Shown one piece after another: positions 13,420 through 28,028 of a DNA stretch of 64,000 nt. The translations under genes were made by a program, and so were the position numbers. The stretch's first letter is position 1. Every line of letters begins with the position of its first letter. The stretch is from Haliotis cracherodii (lineage: Eukaryota). Where the stretch lies: assembly GCF_022045235.1 (NCBI RefSeq), contig NW_027266302.1, positions 186,001 to 250,000 on the forward strand, read 5' to 3'. Below the pieces are notes generated by a model. It was not told where the DNA came from, did not search any database, and saw nothing but the letters and a program-made list of their open reading frames with translations.

Positions 13420-13850
13420 CGACCACCTCTGTGGTCTAGTGGATAGGCCATCTGCTTGGAGAGTGGAAGGTGATACCAAATGACATTAAAGATGGTACTT
13501 GTTGTTACGATGCTAGGTTGTCAGCATAAGGGGCGAAAACAAGGACTGGTGTTCTCGGGAGTCAGTATATTGTGTCTGAGTTAGGTATGGGTTACTGTGG
13601 CATGGTATGTGAGAGTGAGAGAGTGAGTATGGGTTTATGCTGCTTTTAGCAATATTCCAGCAATATCACGGCGGAGGACACCAGAAATGGCTTCACACAT
13701 TGTACCCATGTCGAGAATCGAATCCAGGTCTTCGGCTGAAGAGCGAACGCTTTAACCACTAGGCTACCACTAGGCTACCCGACCACCCCTGCATGGTATG
13801 GCAGGCTAGCATTAGAAGACTGGCATAAGGACTGTCTGGGTTTGATGCCA
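13420..13850 (+). mobile_element. SINE family C (Meta/RUDI-like), degenerate, interrupted by a family A SINE
   Basis: ataccaaatgacattaaagatggtacttgttg...cagcataagggg...aaggactgg...gtcagtatattgtgtctgagt matches the reverse complement of 27697-28028. Confidence 0.8.
13610..13789 (-). mobile_element. tRNA-derived SINE family A nested in family C
   Basis: TSD gcatggtatg on both sides. Small internal duplication (accactaggct x2). Confidence 0.9.
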
Positions 13851-16800
13851 TCTAATCCCATTTAAGCTGCCTCTCAAGTATGGTATTTTTTAAGGATCTG
13901 TTCTTGGAATGCCAATTCAGTTTATCAGAAACTCTACCCCTAGTAATTTCAATCTAACAAATTTAAGTTGAATCTGAACAATCACAAGATGGCTGCAACA
14001 TGTCTACTCAAAGTAGTTCCTGGAGAAATATTGGTTCCATTCAAGACTGAAGTGGTTAAACTGATGATAAATAATCACCCTCAAATCATATCATGAAGAA
14101 GATACTTCCTCAAAAAAATGTCAGCCATTTCAAAATTATTTAGATTACGTTGACTGAATATCATTCCTGCCATACAAATCACACCCTGAAAAGTGAGCCT
14201 TCAAAAACCACCAGACAACCTCTCTAAACATCTAGACAGAAACTTTCAGGCTCTTCCAATATATAGAGCAAAATGCATACATTTATTTTCCTTGAAAAAA
14301 TGTCAACGCTTTTTCAATTATAACTAATCAATCGACATTAAAGTGGGGTGGCCTAGTGGACAGAGGATTAGGTCACCTCATCACACAAAGACCTTGGTTT
14401 GAATCACACATTGTTACAATTCTATACTTCTGAGTCTAACACAACTGACATACTTTAAATTTTAAATGTATTCAAAGGTTTCATAAGACCAATAGTCATA
14501 CTTTTTCCTCATGATACTGATTCATCCTTTTTCTTGCATTTCATAACCATTAGTTTGTACATACTGTGTTGTCTACAATGTACAAACAGAGTAAAAGAAA
14601 TATGGCTAGTTGTCAGTCATGTGAATGATTTCATTAAATTAATACAATTTCATATAATATATGAATGTTTTCACCCACTTTAAAATATGTCAAGATCAGT
14701 GACACAACATTAAACCTCATATCCCTTTACCTCAACTCACCGAATTTCAGTGAGCAAAAAAAGGCAAACATGCATGCCTCTTAGTATATCTTACCTAATT
14801 TTTATTCAGGAAGTCATTCAACTCAGATTCTATTAATGCTCCTCCACAGCGTTCAGTCAATCCTAATTATGATGCCTTGTACAGAGTTAGATCAATAAAT
14901 ACTGCCTTCTTTTGTGAAACTTTTCATAATCTTCTGCTAAAATTCTACAGATTCTGCTTAAATGATACATATATTTCCCAAATAATATTTCATTCTAATC
15001 TCTCTCAATATTCTCTCATTTCCGGATGATTCATGTATGAACATGAAAGAGTATCATTTCCTTGAAACAAATACATCAACCAGTTCTAACTGTTTATCTG
15101 ACAAGTCTGGCGAGGACTAAATGTCCAAGTGTGGTCAAGCAAGTGCTTTAGTACAACAAAGAAATTGGCAGTTTAGGAGTCAGTCCTCCAAGTTTGCTTG
15201 TTAGCCAATGACCAAATGCTAATAATCCAAGAAAATAATCACCAGGGAGTTTAAATATTTCGGTTTCTAAGATAAACAAGCAATGGACATCAAAGACTGA
15301 CCAGAATGGCCGTGTTAGCATTTCCTTCATGAGGTGAATGCTGGACCCACCTAGTGGAAGATGTATAAACTAATTGAGCGAAAGCAGACGGCACAGAGCA
15401 GACGGCATTACTAACATTCTCTGGTCAGCAGATGGATCAACTGTCTTTGTACCTAACTAACTGTTTATGTTTTTACATGAGATCAACAGCCATTTTTTAT
15501 ATGTTGAAACGCCTTCTTATTGTGTGATTTACTGAGGGACCCCAGCGTAAATGCTTTAATTTAAAAGAATGTAGCATTAAAATAGCCTAAAATAACATGT
15601 ATCAAATAAATTAATATTGAATGCAATAGTTTATAAGAAGTGACTAAATAGGTAGATAATATCAAAACTTCTAAAATACGATGTTTTCCATGCATACAGA
15701 TGCTGAAAACTGGATTTAAAGTTGACAACTAGATTCACCTACTCATTTGCTAAAGTAAAAAATTTAAATATCACATAAGTTATCTTTATCATATGTCTGA
15801 AGTCTTTTGATGGCACAGAAAATTGGTGTCCCCTGTTCTATGTCTATCTGATGTCTTAAAGGGGCAGTACCTACTGCTGTTCAGGACTTAGAGCATACCT
15901 CCAATGCTCAAGGCATTGTTTTACAAGTCGATATGAGCAAGACAACCACACTTATGATCTGGACAAAAAACAGACAGTCAAGAAATCTCTTTAAATGTCT
16001 TGTTAATCAAGGTGACTGCAATTCATATAGAACAGGCACATGAATATAATATGAATGATTTCTTCAAACTTAAAGATTTCTTCCCAGTGAAAATATTTCA
16101 TATAAACGTAATATACAATGTACAATGAAAATACAAAAATGTAACTGAATAATTTAATCTATAATTGAGAATTATAAATTACATAATATTTTTAAAATGA
16201 ATAAATAAAATTACATCTTCCTCTTTCAATAAGCTCTTTTTAAGAAGCATCAAAATTATTCTTTTCTAATAACAAGTGCTTAAATTGGGTTGATATGGAA
16301 ACCTTATTGCCTAATAATAAAGATAAGATATTTAGGTTTGGACTACAAGGAGCAGAGCTTAACTGATGGGGTTATCTAGATTGAATAATTGTCAGAACCC
16401 TCACACAAGATACAGCAATTATTGTGACCTTACAAGCAGCCTGGGGAAGTTGAGAACCTAATGGGACGTGGTCCATTAACAGAGTCTTTACAACATCCTA
16501 CATGAGAGGATGTTACATGATCCTAATGCACTAAGCTTATGGCTGGGCTTTGATTAGACTGACAACTGTTTGCAATATACAATCAGGACTCGGGCTGAAG
16601 ACACCGTTCTTGAAGGACGCTCTTCAATAGCGAACCAGACACCAATAGTCAAAGTTTACATTCAGATTCTTAATTGGGTATCAGATTTTTTTCAGATTCT
16701 GCAAGTTAAGTAGACTGCATTTGGAATCTGATGAGATGTCTGATGAGCAAATAAAGGGAAATAACTGTTGTAATTACACCTGCAGCCATTTTGTATTTGC

Positions 16801-17681
16801 CAATGTTTGGCTGTGGGGTTGAAAACCTTCCAATGAATGCAGTGTCTTGATCCATCCAGTAGGCAAACACAATTATCAGTCTCAGTGTCAACTATAAACA
16901 GAATCACAGTCCCTTGGAGGCATTGGTGCCTTTATTAATCTGACCAAAGCCATCAAGGGTCAAGATTTCTATTCATTTAGTTGCTATCTTTCATCAAAAG
17001 TAGTTGATAATCAGCTTTGCATTAATTCCCGTTTGTCATACACAAGTACTGAAATGTTCTTCCAAAGCATCCATGGTCGTTATCGAAGAACCTTGAAGAA
17101 CGTCAAGTGATGAATATATATTGCACATTTATGAATGAGTCTGTTTCCAATCATGAATACAATCAGGTAAATGAACTGGCATAACCAGAACTTCCTATAT
17201 TTCATATTTGGGGACGCTCACAGTCGACCCTTGAAGATGATCAGGCTTTGGACTTAAAACAACATCAATTTTGTGAGCTGTGCCTATTATGTGTCAGAAA
17301 GACACATTCTCAAGATTTTCACTTTAATTTTTTCTACATGAGCATGCTTTTTTTGGTCTATAGTTTAATTCAAGCTTAAGATTACAAGATCAAATTTGCC
17401 AGTTACGAAACAGTTAAAGCTTAAATTTAGTAACATTTTCCATCAACCTCATAATTTGTCAGTTGCATTGGGTAAAAATTATCATGTCTTGTCTTTTGCA
17501 TGAAAGGGGACTAGAGGCCTACAACTACGTTTACACTGATTAATCTGCTCCTGCAGTGTGTTGTTTACAATGGGCTCTGTTTTTAGCAGAGATTCTTAAA
17601 AATATAGAAATGTTTTTTGATGCTATTAATTACAAATAAGGTCAAAAACAAGGTCAAATAAAGTGCATGTTTACTAAAATG

Positions 17682-17930
17682 TTATGTTTTGTTGGTTTGT
17701 TTAACAACACACTCAGAAATATTCCAGCTATAAGGCAGTGGTCTGTAAATAATCGAGTCTGGACCAGACAATCCAGTGATTGACATCATGAGTATCGATC
17801 CACACATTTGGGATACCATGACATGCATGAACCAAGTCAGCAAGCCTGACCACCCGATCCCGTTAGCTGCCTCTTCTGACAAGCATAGTCGCCTTTTGCG
17901 GCATGCATGGGTTGCTGAAGACCTATTCAA
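17682..17930 (-). mobile_element. SINE-like family B
   Basis: Co-linear with 4282-4548. Confidence 0.85.
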
Positions 17931-18589
17931 TCTACACTAGTTTCACAATGTAGTTCCACAGATGGTGTAAAATGAAAGATGACAATTCTGTAAATAAAGG
18001 AAACAGAAAAGCATAAATAATCCTTGGTGGGTTGTTTACACAACTTTATAACAAGCCTTATACAAAGAACAAACACAGTGGAACATCACAGACGCTACCT
18101 ATCACAATCACTGATTGTAAACTCTGTAAATAGCTGCAGAAAGTTTCTTTCATATGTGACTTTGATAGCCTGATAGTGTGCACCATGTGTACTGCTTCCA
18201 TCATCTCTAATTATCTCCAGTCCAAACTTTATATAGCAACTGAAACTGGCCAATCAGGCGACACAATATTTACCAGGTGGCCAATGAATGGGTAGGATAT
18301 TTTCTTTCTTAAGAAATGGAATTTGTTTTAAGCTGAGATGGGAATACCTGGAACACTAACTTTGAACTCTTTTTCACACAAAATTATGACAACTAATTTT
18401 CTTCTTCTATAAATATAAAGGAAAAACGCACATATTTACATCAGCAAGACCAATCATCCATCACTTGATAGACAAGAAGGTTAAAAAGTTTGGCTAGACT
18501 AACATGTAGTCTCTGAAATATAATTATGTACGAGGTTAAACAGAAACAAATCTACCCTTGAACATAAAGGAACCTTTAAATGCCTTCCT

Positions 18590-19945
18590 GGAGCTGAGAA
18601 TGGGATAAGTATAGGCTGTTAGAGCAGAGAATGGGATAAGCATAGTTTGTTAGAGCTGAGAATGGGATAAGCATAGTTTGTTAGAGCTGAGAATGGGATA
18701 AGTATAGTCTGTTAGAGCAGAGAATGGGATAAGTATAGGCTGTTAGAGCTGATAATGGGATAAGTATAGGCTGTTAGAGCTGAGAAGGGGATAAGCATAG
18801 GCTGTTTGAGCTGAGAAGGGGATAAGCATAGTTTGTTAGTGCTGAGAAGGGGATAAGCATGGTTTGAGAGAGCTGATAAGGGGATACGTATAGGCTGTTA
18901 GAGCTGAGAAGGGGATAAGCATAGTTTGAGAGAGCTCAGAAGGGGATAAGCATAGTTTGTTAGAGCTGAGAAGGGGATAAGCATAGTTTGTTAGTGATGA
19001 GAAGGGGATAAGCATAGTTTGTTAGAGCTGAGAAGGGGATAAGCATGGTTTGAGAGAGCTGAGAAGGGGATAAGCATGGTTTGAGAGAGGTGAGAAGGGG
19101 ATAAGCATAGTTTGTTAGAGCTGAGAAGGGGATAAGCATAGTTTGTTAGAGCTGAGAAGGGGATAAGCATAGTTTGTTAGTGATGAGAAGGGGATAAGCA
19201 TAGTTTGTTAGAGCTGAGAAGGGGATAAGCATGGTTTGAGAGAGCTGAGAAGGGGATACGTATAGGCTGTTAGAGCTCAGAAGGGGATAAGCATAGTTTG
19301 TTAGAGCTGAGAAGGGGATAAGCATAGTTTGTTAGTGCTGAGAAGGGGATAAGCATAGGCTGTTAGAGCTGAGAAGGGGATAAGCATAGTTTGAGAGAGC
19401 TGAGAAGGGGATAAGCATAGTTTGAGAGAGCTGAGAAGGGGATAAGCATAGTTTGTTAGTGCTGAGAAGGGGATAAGCATAGTTTGTTAGTGCTGAGAAG
19501 GGGATACGTATAGGCTGTTAGAGCTGAGAAGGGGATAAGCATGGTTTGAGAGAGCTGAGAAGGGGATACGTATAGGCTGTTAGAGCTGAGAAGGGGATAA
19601 GCATAGTTTGAGAGAGCTGAGAAGGGGATAAGCATAGTTTGTTAGTGCTGAGAAGGGGATAAGCATAGTTTGTTAGAGCAGAGTAGGGGATAAGTATAGG
19701 CTGTTAGAGCAGAGAATGGGATAAGTATAGGCTGTTAGAGCAGAGAAGGGGATAAGCATAGTTTGTTAGAGCTGAGAAGCGGATAAGTATAGGCTGTTAG
19801 AGCTGAGAAGGGGATAGGCATGGTTTGAGAGAGCTGAGAAGGGGATAAGTATAGGCTGTTAGAGCAGAGAAGGGGATAAGTATAGGCTGTTAGAGCAGAG
19901 AAGGGGATAAGCATGGTTTGAGAGAGCTGAAAAGTGAATAAGTGT
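18590..19945. repeat. Minisatellite, 31-bp unit (gagctgagaaggggataagcatagtttgtta), ~43 copies
   Basis: Direct periodicity with interspersed variant units. Confidence 0.95.
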
Positions 19946-20520
19946 GGAAAAGGGGTGATTGGTTTATGGAATATGAGCTCTAGGGTCTGTAACAGATATA
20001 TACATCATGTATAACATATGGCAGAAGAATTGATGAATGTCTAGCTTTGTCAAAGAGCAATTTTTTCTGCAAAGAACTTCAGTGATTTTAATATAAGTAT
20101 TATAAATTAGCAGAACAGTCCTAAGGTGATTACTATACCCCTCATACAAGTAGGTACACATGTTCTTGGCAAAGTGATCCAGAAACAACACTAATGTAAT
20201 CATTGTTAATAAAACTACCACAAATCCCTGCGGAATTTCCACATCACTATCACCATCTCACTAAGAGCAAGAGCAAAATGAAATTATGTTTTTGTATGAC
20301 CTTGTACAATTCCAACCCACTCTGCCCAGGAGACAATGAATAATAGACATGACAGATCTATTCGATATTCCCTCAATAGTTTGCTTTAAATGTCATGTCA
20401 TGACACAGGTCATGCTACATGGCATGGCTGCTGCGTCCTTCACAATCAATCAACAGAACAACAGACAAAATCTACTGAATTGAATTCTCACAAAGCACTT
20501 TCTAAATTACTAAATGGAAC

Positions 20521-20623
20521 AGTATGGTTACCTAGTGGTTAAAGTGTTAGATCGTCAAGCCCAAGCCCGGGTTTGATTTCCAACATGGGTATAATGTGTT
20601 AAACCATACGAACTCACTCACTC
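20521..20623 (+). mobile_element. Family A SINE with internal deletion (head fused to tail)
   Basis: cctagtggttaaag...gggtttgatttccaacatgggtataatgtgt then taaaccatac...actcactcac. TSD aaattactaaatg. Confidence 0.8.
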
Positions 20624-21306
20624 CAAATTACTAAATGCTATGTACATTTTTACCTTTAGTTTCAAGAGATCAGAAAAAGGAAACAATTCCTGATTGAATC
20701 TTGTTTTTATTAATTGTGACACATCTCTATATAGTATTTAAGAAAGACTTTCGGTCTGCACTTACTTAGCAACTTACTTAAATGGAATTATTTATTCTTG
20801 TGCTTTTCAACTAAAATCTCAAGAATAAGGAGGCAATGTAAACCCCAAAAACTTAAAGATGTCACAAACTAAAACGTGAAAATTGCAAAGAATTTTATAA
20901 AAATACTGACTGTATAAAAATTAGCGACGTGGAGAAAAAATCTAATCATCCAAATATAATCAACCAATAGTTCACCCATGATATCAAACAAACACACAAT
21001 GGTGAAGACAAACAAAAGAATCAAATATAACAACCTGCTCCTTACAATATTGTAGATAGGGAATCTGCTCATGGACGTAAAAATGGGGGCAATTTGTAGC
21101 AAATATTACCAAAATACTCTCCTAGGGTCAACACGTGCATCCAACAATATTAACAACACCTTAGCAGACATCGACAGGATACACATCACATCAAGGACTA
21201 GACCAAAGGAGAAACTAATGCCAGTGACGATGTACCAATCAGACAAGAAATTCCCAAGTCACAAATAAAGTCATTATCTGAACAACACTGCCATCAAGAC
21301 AACACA

Positions 21307-21428
21307 TTATACAAGACAAGAAGGAGAAGAAGTCCCTATGTAGCTGACATCACAAGGAAGAACGCCCCACCAAGGACTGGACTGAGGGGAAGAAGATGGC
21401 CGTCTGCTCCCTGCAGGTGCGGGATGTG
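21307..21428 (-). CDS. Candidate phase-1 alternative terminal exon, (A)HPAPAGSRRPSSSPQSSPWWGVLPCDVSYIGTSSPSCLV*
   Basis: Acceptor gattactgctatcttgtag. GC-richer than flanks, open frame to TAA. No homology recognised. Confidence 0.25.
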
Positions 21429-23689
21429 CTACAAGATAGCAGTAATCACAGACCGATGGCCACTTGTGGACTGTAAGGATAGCTGGGGGAGTATCTACAT
21501 TCATATCACACTATCACAGTGCCGGAGATAGGCAATCATAAAGCCATCTATTGCCTACAGTGGAGTCATAGACTATGTTACTGGCTGGATCAGCTCCAGG
21601 CAGATGGAAGGCTACAGTAGTGGAGAGTCTGTCAGTGGACTGTAGTCTTCGGGCATTGCCATATGTGATAATTAGTTTTATTTGCTGAATGGATCAGAAG
21701 AAGCATGCATAACAGGGCAACTCAACATCAAACACAATTTTTCATATACATTTAAAAACATGTGGTTGAATATGAAAAACATATACACTAGTCAAAGGGA
21801 GTGTTTGATGATACTGTATGGAAACAAAAATCAGTTTCTTTGTTGTAAATTTGTATGAAACTTTCATACAAACTTTCTAAAACATACCTTTCCAGAAAAA
21901 TAAAGAGTGTCTCAATGTAAAGATGTCAGTAACACACAACTCTAATGTGTCTTACACTTCGTCTAATTACCTTCCAGACATTATTAATACAATGCTCCCA
22001 TGTGCACATGTACAGTCACATGATCCAAATATATGTCTACTTCCTATTCATTGATATGATCCATACATGAATACAAAAACAAGGGTTGAAGAGGGTTCAG
22101 GTACACTATACTATAATACATCATTTTTTCTGGACAGAAAAGAAACAATCAAAACAGCTTAACGTACCAAGTGCAGATAAAGGTCCATTAAACCAGAAAT
22201 AATTCAGAAGTTTGAAATGATTGTCTGGTTTGGTTTCACTCAGACTCTGACATTAAAGCAATCAATCACCTTATCAAAGCCAATATACCTACTCAAGTTA
22301 TTTTCCTTTCATCTCACACAAACATTTGTTTAATTTAGCCTTCTTTCAGAAAAGTAACAACTGCATCCAAATCAAGTATCTTGCTGAAAGAGTCATGACA
22401 TGCAAATCTGTGTAGCGGTCAGCATATATCGTCCAGTGGTCAAGATAAAGCATGGAAAACATTCTCGTATCAAACGCTGCTGATAGCCCAGGGTGATTTA
22501 CATGTAGATCAAAGATAGGTGGGATAAATCAGCTGACTATTGAGAGTGGAATCTTTGGCTGGGCCATCAACACACAAGCCAATTGACATGTGAGGTTATT
22601 GGTTGTGAGAAGACAGTTGGAGGTGAAACTGGCCCTGTGAGGACAGTGGTGAAAGATATTTGCTTCATGTCCATGCAAGGGAAGTATTTGCACAGATGCA
22701 CTTGATGTTTTAAGGTTGAAGGAGTGCAAATATAGTGGTAAATATTCTTGTTCATGACAGGTGGAGATACTCCAATTATCTTAAAAGACACAAATAAACA
22801 TTTTATCTCCTAACTTTGAGTTGACGCATATAATAATATTTATTATCATTTGCTCATTCCTAAAAAACAAGACCAACCCTGGTGTATGAGGACAATATAT
22901 GAGTTCTGTTCCATGTGCTGGAAATGATACCATCTTGAAATTGCAATATGAGCAAAAAGTCATAACGCTCATCATAGATCTTACATATTAATGTCTTTGA
23001 CTACAAACAGCATTTCATGGGGATTCTGGTGCAGATTAGTATTTCATTGTATGATATTCCGAAGATCTCTTAATCCATCATATCTATTTGGAACTTAAAT
23101 AAATTGGAAAAACCTTTATTAGTTCAACTATGAAGATTTCAACTGTCCTCAATACAGGTCTATGAGTGCATAAATCTTAATCCATATCCCACACCAACAG
23201 CGCCACGGGACATAATGAACACTTGAATCTCACCCTCACCCTGGTGGTCACTCCACTTGATGCAAGACCCCTGACCACTAGCCACTGAGCGTGAAATAGA
23301 CACTTGATAAGCCAGGTGGGAGTCTATGATTGACCAATAGCCATCCACACTGATGACCAAAGGGAATACGAGGTGTTATCCACCACAGGTGCCCTGGTCA
23401 GAATCCCATTACAGGCAGTGATAGGTAATGAAACTAGTCTGGCAGGGTGTCAAGAGGTTTAGATAAAAGTAAAGTTTATTTGATCTCTGATATTGGTAAG
23501 CAAGCTGTCGGTGTGACCTGGGTCATGGTAACATTGGTCCTGATACCTATATACAGAGCCAGGGTCACGGAAGTAGCAGATAAATATACAGTCAGTGCTT
23601 GTCTGAGTGATGTGTAACTACTGTTACTGATGTAGTTTTGTGTGAGGATTTACTCTTGCCGTGGGGATTTCCCGGGAAGTATATAGGTC

Positions 23690-23810
23690 CCCACAGACTC
23701 CTGATTGTCCCAGTTGTGTGGATCGATGCTCATGATGTCAATCGTTGGATTGTCTATTACTTACAGCAACCATCATATAGTTGTTATAGTGCTGAGTGTG
23801 GTGTTAAAAA
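23690..23810 (+). mobile_element. Family B 3' fragment
   Basis: gatcgatgctcatgatgtcaatcgttggattgtct...gctgagtgtggtgttaaa. Confidence 0.65.
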
Positions 23811-23824
23811 AAAATACCCATTCC

Positions 23825-25265
23825 TGCTTCCGTGACACTTGCTCCATGTCCATTGATGCTTCCGTGACACTTTCTCCATGTCCATTGATGCTTCTGTGGT
23901 ACTTGCTCCATGTCCATTGATGCTTCTGTGGTACTTGCTCCATGTCCATAGATGGTTCTGTGGTACTTGCACCATGTCCATTGATGCTTCTGTGACACTT
24001 GCACCATGTCCATTGATGCTTCTGTGACACTTGCACCATGTGCATTGATGCTTCTGTGACACTTGCTCCATGTCCATTGATGCTTCTGTGGTACTTTCTC
24101 TATGTCCTTGATACTTCTGTGGTACTTGCTCCATGTTCATAGATGCTTCTGTGACACTTGCACCATGTCCATTGATGCTTCCGTGACACTTGCTCCATGT
24201 CCATTGATGCTTCTGTGACACTTGCTCCATGTGCATTGATGCTTCTGTGGTACTTTCTCCATGTCCATAGATGCTTCTGTGGTAGTTGCACCATGTCCAT
24301 TGATGCTTGTTCCATGTCCATTGATGGTTCCGTGACACTTGCTCCATGTTCATTGATGCTTCTGTGACACTTGCTCCATGTCCATTGATGCTTCCGTGAC
24401 ACTTGCTCCATGTCCATTAATTCTTCTGTGACACTTGCTCCATGTCCATAGATGCTTCTGTGGTAGTTGCACCATGTCCATTGATGCTTGTTCCATGTCC
24501 ATTGATGCTTTTGTGACACTTGCTCCATGTCCATTGATGCTTCCGTGACACTTGCTCCATGTCCATTGATGCTTTTGTGACACTTGCTCCATGTCCATTG
24601 ATGCTTCCGTGACACTTGCTCCATGTCCATTAATTCTTCCGTGACACTTTCTCCATGTCCATTGATGCTTCTGTGGTACTTGCTCCATGTCTATTGATGC
24701 TTCCATGACACTTGCTCCATGTCCATTGATGCTTCTGTGGTACTTGCTCTATGTCCATTGATGCTTCTGTGGTACTTGCACCATAACCATTGATGCTTCT
24801 GTGACACTTGCACCATGTCCATTGATGCTTCTGTGACACTTGTTCCATGTCCATTGATGCTTCTGTGACACTTGCACCATGTGCATTGATGCTTCTGTGG
24901 CACTTGCTGCATGTCCATAAATGCTTCTGTGGTACTTGCTCCATGTCCATAGATGGTTCTGTGGTACTTGCACAATGTCCATTGATGCTTCTGTGACACT
25001 TGCACAATGTCCATTGATGCTTCTGTGACACTTGCACAATGTCCATTGATGCTACTGTGACACTTTCTTCATGTACATTTATTCTTCTGTGACACTTGCT
25101 CCATGTGGCACTTACTCCATGCCCATAAATTATTCTTTGGCACTTCCTTCATTCCCATTAACTCTTCCGTGACACTTGCTCCATGCCTGTAATTATTCTG
25201 TGGCACTTCCTCCATGCCGAACAACTACCGTCCATCTCTCTCCTGCTGTGGCATTTGCTCCATGC
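23825..25265. repeat. Minisatellite, 32-bp unit (tccatgtccattgatgcttctgtgacacttgc), ~44 copies, degenerate at the right end
   Basis: Direct periodicity. Overlapping ORFs in all frames reflect the non-3n unit. Confidence 0.95.
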
Positions 25266-26809
25266 CCACCAACAACGTTCTATCTCCCTCTGTAAGTGTC
25301 TAAGAAGATCAAAGCTTCAGGATAAAAATGAGGTGATACACTGCTGAGATGCTGGCAACATGGCAAAAAAACACACAACAAAATCACTCTTTTTCTTATT
25401 CTATACCAGTATTTAACAAAGCCAGAAATAACTTAATTATCTAAAAATCTTCCCTGTTTTCTGCCTGGAAAGAAATATGCAGTTAAAAATGACAAAACAC
25501 ATCCTTACACAATTATTTCACGGGGATGGTGCTAGGTGCTTGTAAAGAAAGTTTATGAGCGAAATGACAAGTTCTACATCATTTTGAAGGAGATCCAAAA
25601 AAATAATTACACCCTTAATGTTCAAACAAGAATTTTGTAACATACACCCTGCAGTCATATAAAGCAATGGTTATGATCTGAGACATTCAGTGTACAAAAC
25701 CAACAGTAAGTTGTTACCCTCAAAGCTAATTGGACAGGTTGTTAAGATTGAAGCCTCACTCCTCTCAAGTAGGTATCTTATCATTGTTCCTATCAGAACA
25801 TAGACTTGACTATTCTCAGTTTGGAGCTGACAAAAAACACATACCCTAGGTTGTTTCTCAAACATGTTGCCAAGGGTAGCCATTTTGGAATTCTCTCCGT
25901 TGTCAGATGCTTGGGAGCAACTTCCTGGCATTTAGGGGTGCTTGAATGACGGCATCATTCTCAAATGCTCTGCTGCTTGGGGAAAGATATTCCTCTTGGA
26001 CATTCCAACACATATTTGGGTGCAGAAAAAATCGCATGCTGTTTCACCCATGAATGTATGTTAAATAGTGTCGATCACTGTGAGCAGGTTTTTTTCAAAA
26101 ATTAGTATATTTTATCTAACATTGCTATATTTTATTTTTTATGAAGACGACTAAGATTGAATGTTGTTCAAGTAAACATTCATACTTTAAGGCATTGCAT
26201 GAAACTTATAATAATATGTTTTGGTATGGATTTATTTGTTTGAGAGTTCCGACACTTTGAAGTCAGGACAGTGTGTTCAGAATGTTCTGCACATTTATGG
26301 GAATCATATGTTAAAATTATTCAGAAAAATGACAATTGTTTGTCAAAGTTAGTTGTATAAGCCATTCCAGATACTTGTGATACAAACTAAGAATACAAAA
26401 AATTCATAAAAAGACAGAAGAGGTTGGTAAATACTTGTACTTTATAAAAACTTCACATTCAGATAGATATATATCACATATATTTAGAGGACAATCCTTT
26501 TATAAAATGAGCACTTAAAGAAATTCAGCTGTCTACTCTGAAAGGACAATAGTGCAGAATCAGCACATGTCTGATGGACTGTTAGTACAGTGTCATGTGC
26601 GACTCTTGCTAAGAGGTTGTTTGATCAAAGTTACAATATTCAAGGCCTATGTAAAGCTTTCAAAATGTTTTATGGTAGACATGTGGAGACATTCCCAAAT
26701 TGGATGCATCAGTGACAAAAATTATGTCTGATGCAATTTCCTATTTTGACTTGTAACACATGTTCCCGTGTTTTTTTCAGGTGACTAATTGACTTGCCCT
26801 TGCACGTGT

Positions 26810-26880
26810 TTGTGATGGGTGCCAGCGGTGGGGCAGGATACACTCACCTTTTCGCGAACTGGTATCATTACTATTTGATA
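26810..26880 (+). repeat. Dispersed structured repeat motif (copy 1; related to 32022-32090 and 59888-59960)
   Basis: gggtgccagcggtggggcaggatacactcaccttttcgcgaactggtatcat resembles the reverse complement of the other two copies. Confidence 0.55.
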
Positions 26881-27589
26881 GTGATTCATATAGGCGGAAT
26901 CGTACAATCGACTCTGCTTTATGAGATTTCTATTTGAAAGGGTTCTGTCACTTTATTTATTGAAACACAACACATCAATTACTTGGTTTCACAAAACTAC
27001 AGAAAAAACAGACAATTGTTAACCGCGTTGTACTCTCATGTTTTCCGAAACATCTGGTATCAGCACTGTAGGACAGTGATTCATAAACACATGCTTTGAA
27101 ATATGATATACAAATATGTAGTTGGAATGGACACTGCTTTGAAAGAGACTTCTAATGATTATGGAAAGGCTTTTGGTTTTTTGGGTTTTTTTTAAGTTAA
27201 TCTGTAATAATCCGTTCATATGTGCCTGACAAAAGGTTTAGAAGCACTGTGGGTCACTAGAATCAGTTACTTTGTACCTCAAGGAAACGAGGCCAATCGT
27301 AAATTCCCCTCACAGCTAGACACAAATAGTGATCAATTCGCCATCAGGTCTACTGGTAGATTGAATCCTCACCAATTACTGCCGTTATTGGAAATAAATA
27401 GTTATGAAATGAACCAAGTGAAGATTAGTTGTGAACAATTTCACAAAGATGTATTCCTCACACGGCCATTCTCATCTGTAACGTGGCCTGATGATGACCA
27501 GTGGTCAGCTAGACTGATGATCGGCTTGTTGCCAGTCCAGTCCTAACTCGCTTACCTGAGCAAGACAAAGAATTCATGTTTATTCAATC

Positions 27590-27696
27590 TTTGTTTATAT
27601 GTTGTTTTAATGGCACAGTCAGCAATATTCCAGCTATGTCATGATCACCAGTAAATAAGCCAGTCTGGACCAGACAATCCAGTGATTAGTATTATG
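27590..27696 (-). mobile_element. Family B fragment split by a family C insertion (resumes ~28043-28110)
   Basis: cagcaatattccagc...gtctggaccagacaatccagtgatt, then TSD. Confidence 0.7.
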
Positions 27697-28028
27697 AGGT
27701 GAGGTGAGGTGAGATTGGGCTTAACGTCGCATCCAAGATTATTGCGCTTATATAGCGATGTGCATGCACGTGTGTGGCTGCTTGTACTAGTCCGGACTGA
27801 TGCTGATTTATAGTGCTAGCTCACTGAGATACCATGCCGCAGTTTAACATGAATACCCCACTCAGACACAGTATACTGACTCCGAGCCGACCAGTCCTTG
27901 TTTTAGCCCCTTAATGCTGAACGCCAGACAGGGTAACAACAAGTACCATCTTTTAACATCTTTTGGTATGACACGGCCGGTGATCGAATCGCTCTCTGGG
28001 CGGACACTCTACCACTAGACAACGGAGG
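27697..28028 (-). mobile_element. tRNA-headed SINE family C with Meta (RUDI/BivaMeta-like) central domain and (CACCT)n tail
   Basis: Sense strand: tRNA-like head, GTCATACCAAAAGATGTTAAAAGATGGTACTTGTTG...CAGCATTAAGG...GACTGGTCGGCTCGGAGTCAG...CAGTGAGCTAGCACTATAAA. TSD attagtattatgag at 27685-27698 and 28029-28042. Confidence 0.88.

Noticed and set aside
14795-14829. Minus-strand exon ending at a gtaaga donor
   Set aside because: Poor acceptor, 35 nt, in-frame stop.
18590-19945. CRISPR-like appearance of regular 31-59 bp arrays (also 23825, 37540, 60865)
   Set aside because: No unique spacers, no cas genes, animal context. These are plain minisatellites.
23773-25046. Overlapping repeat-peptide ORFs
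   Set aside because: A 32-bp unit cycling through frames; an artefact of the tandem repeat.
27488-27530. Other CTGATGA occurrences as hammerheads (also ~8045, 16738, 34182, 60506)
   Set aside because: No stem II followed by GAAA.
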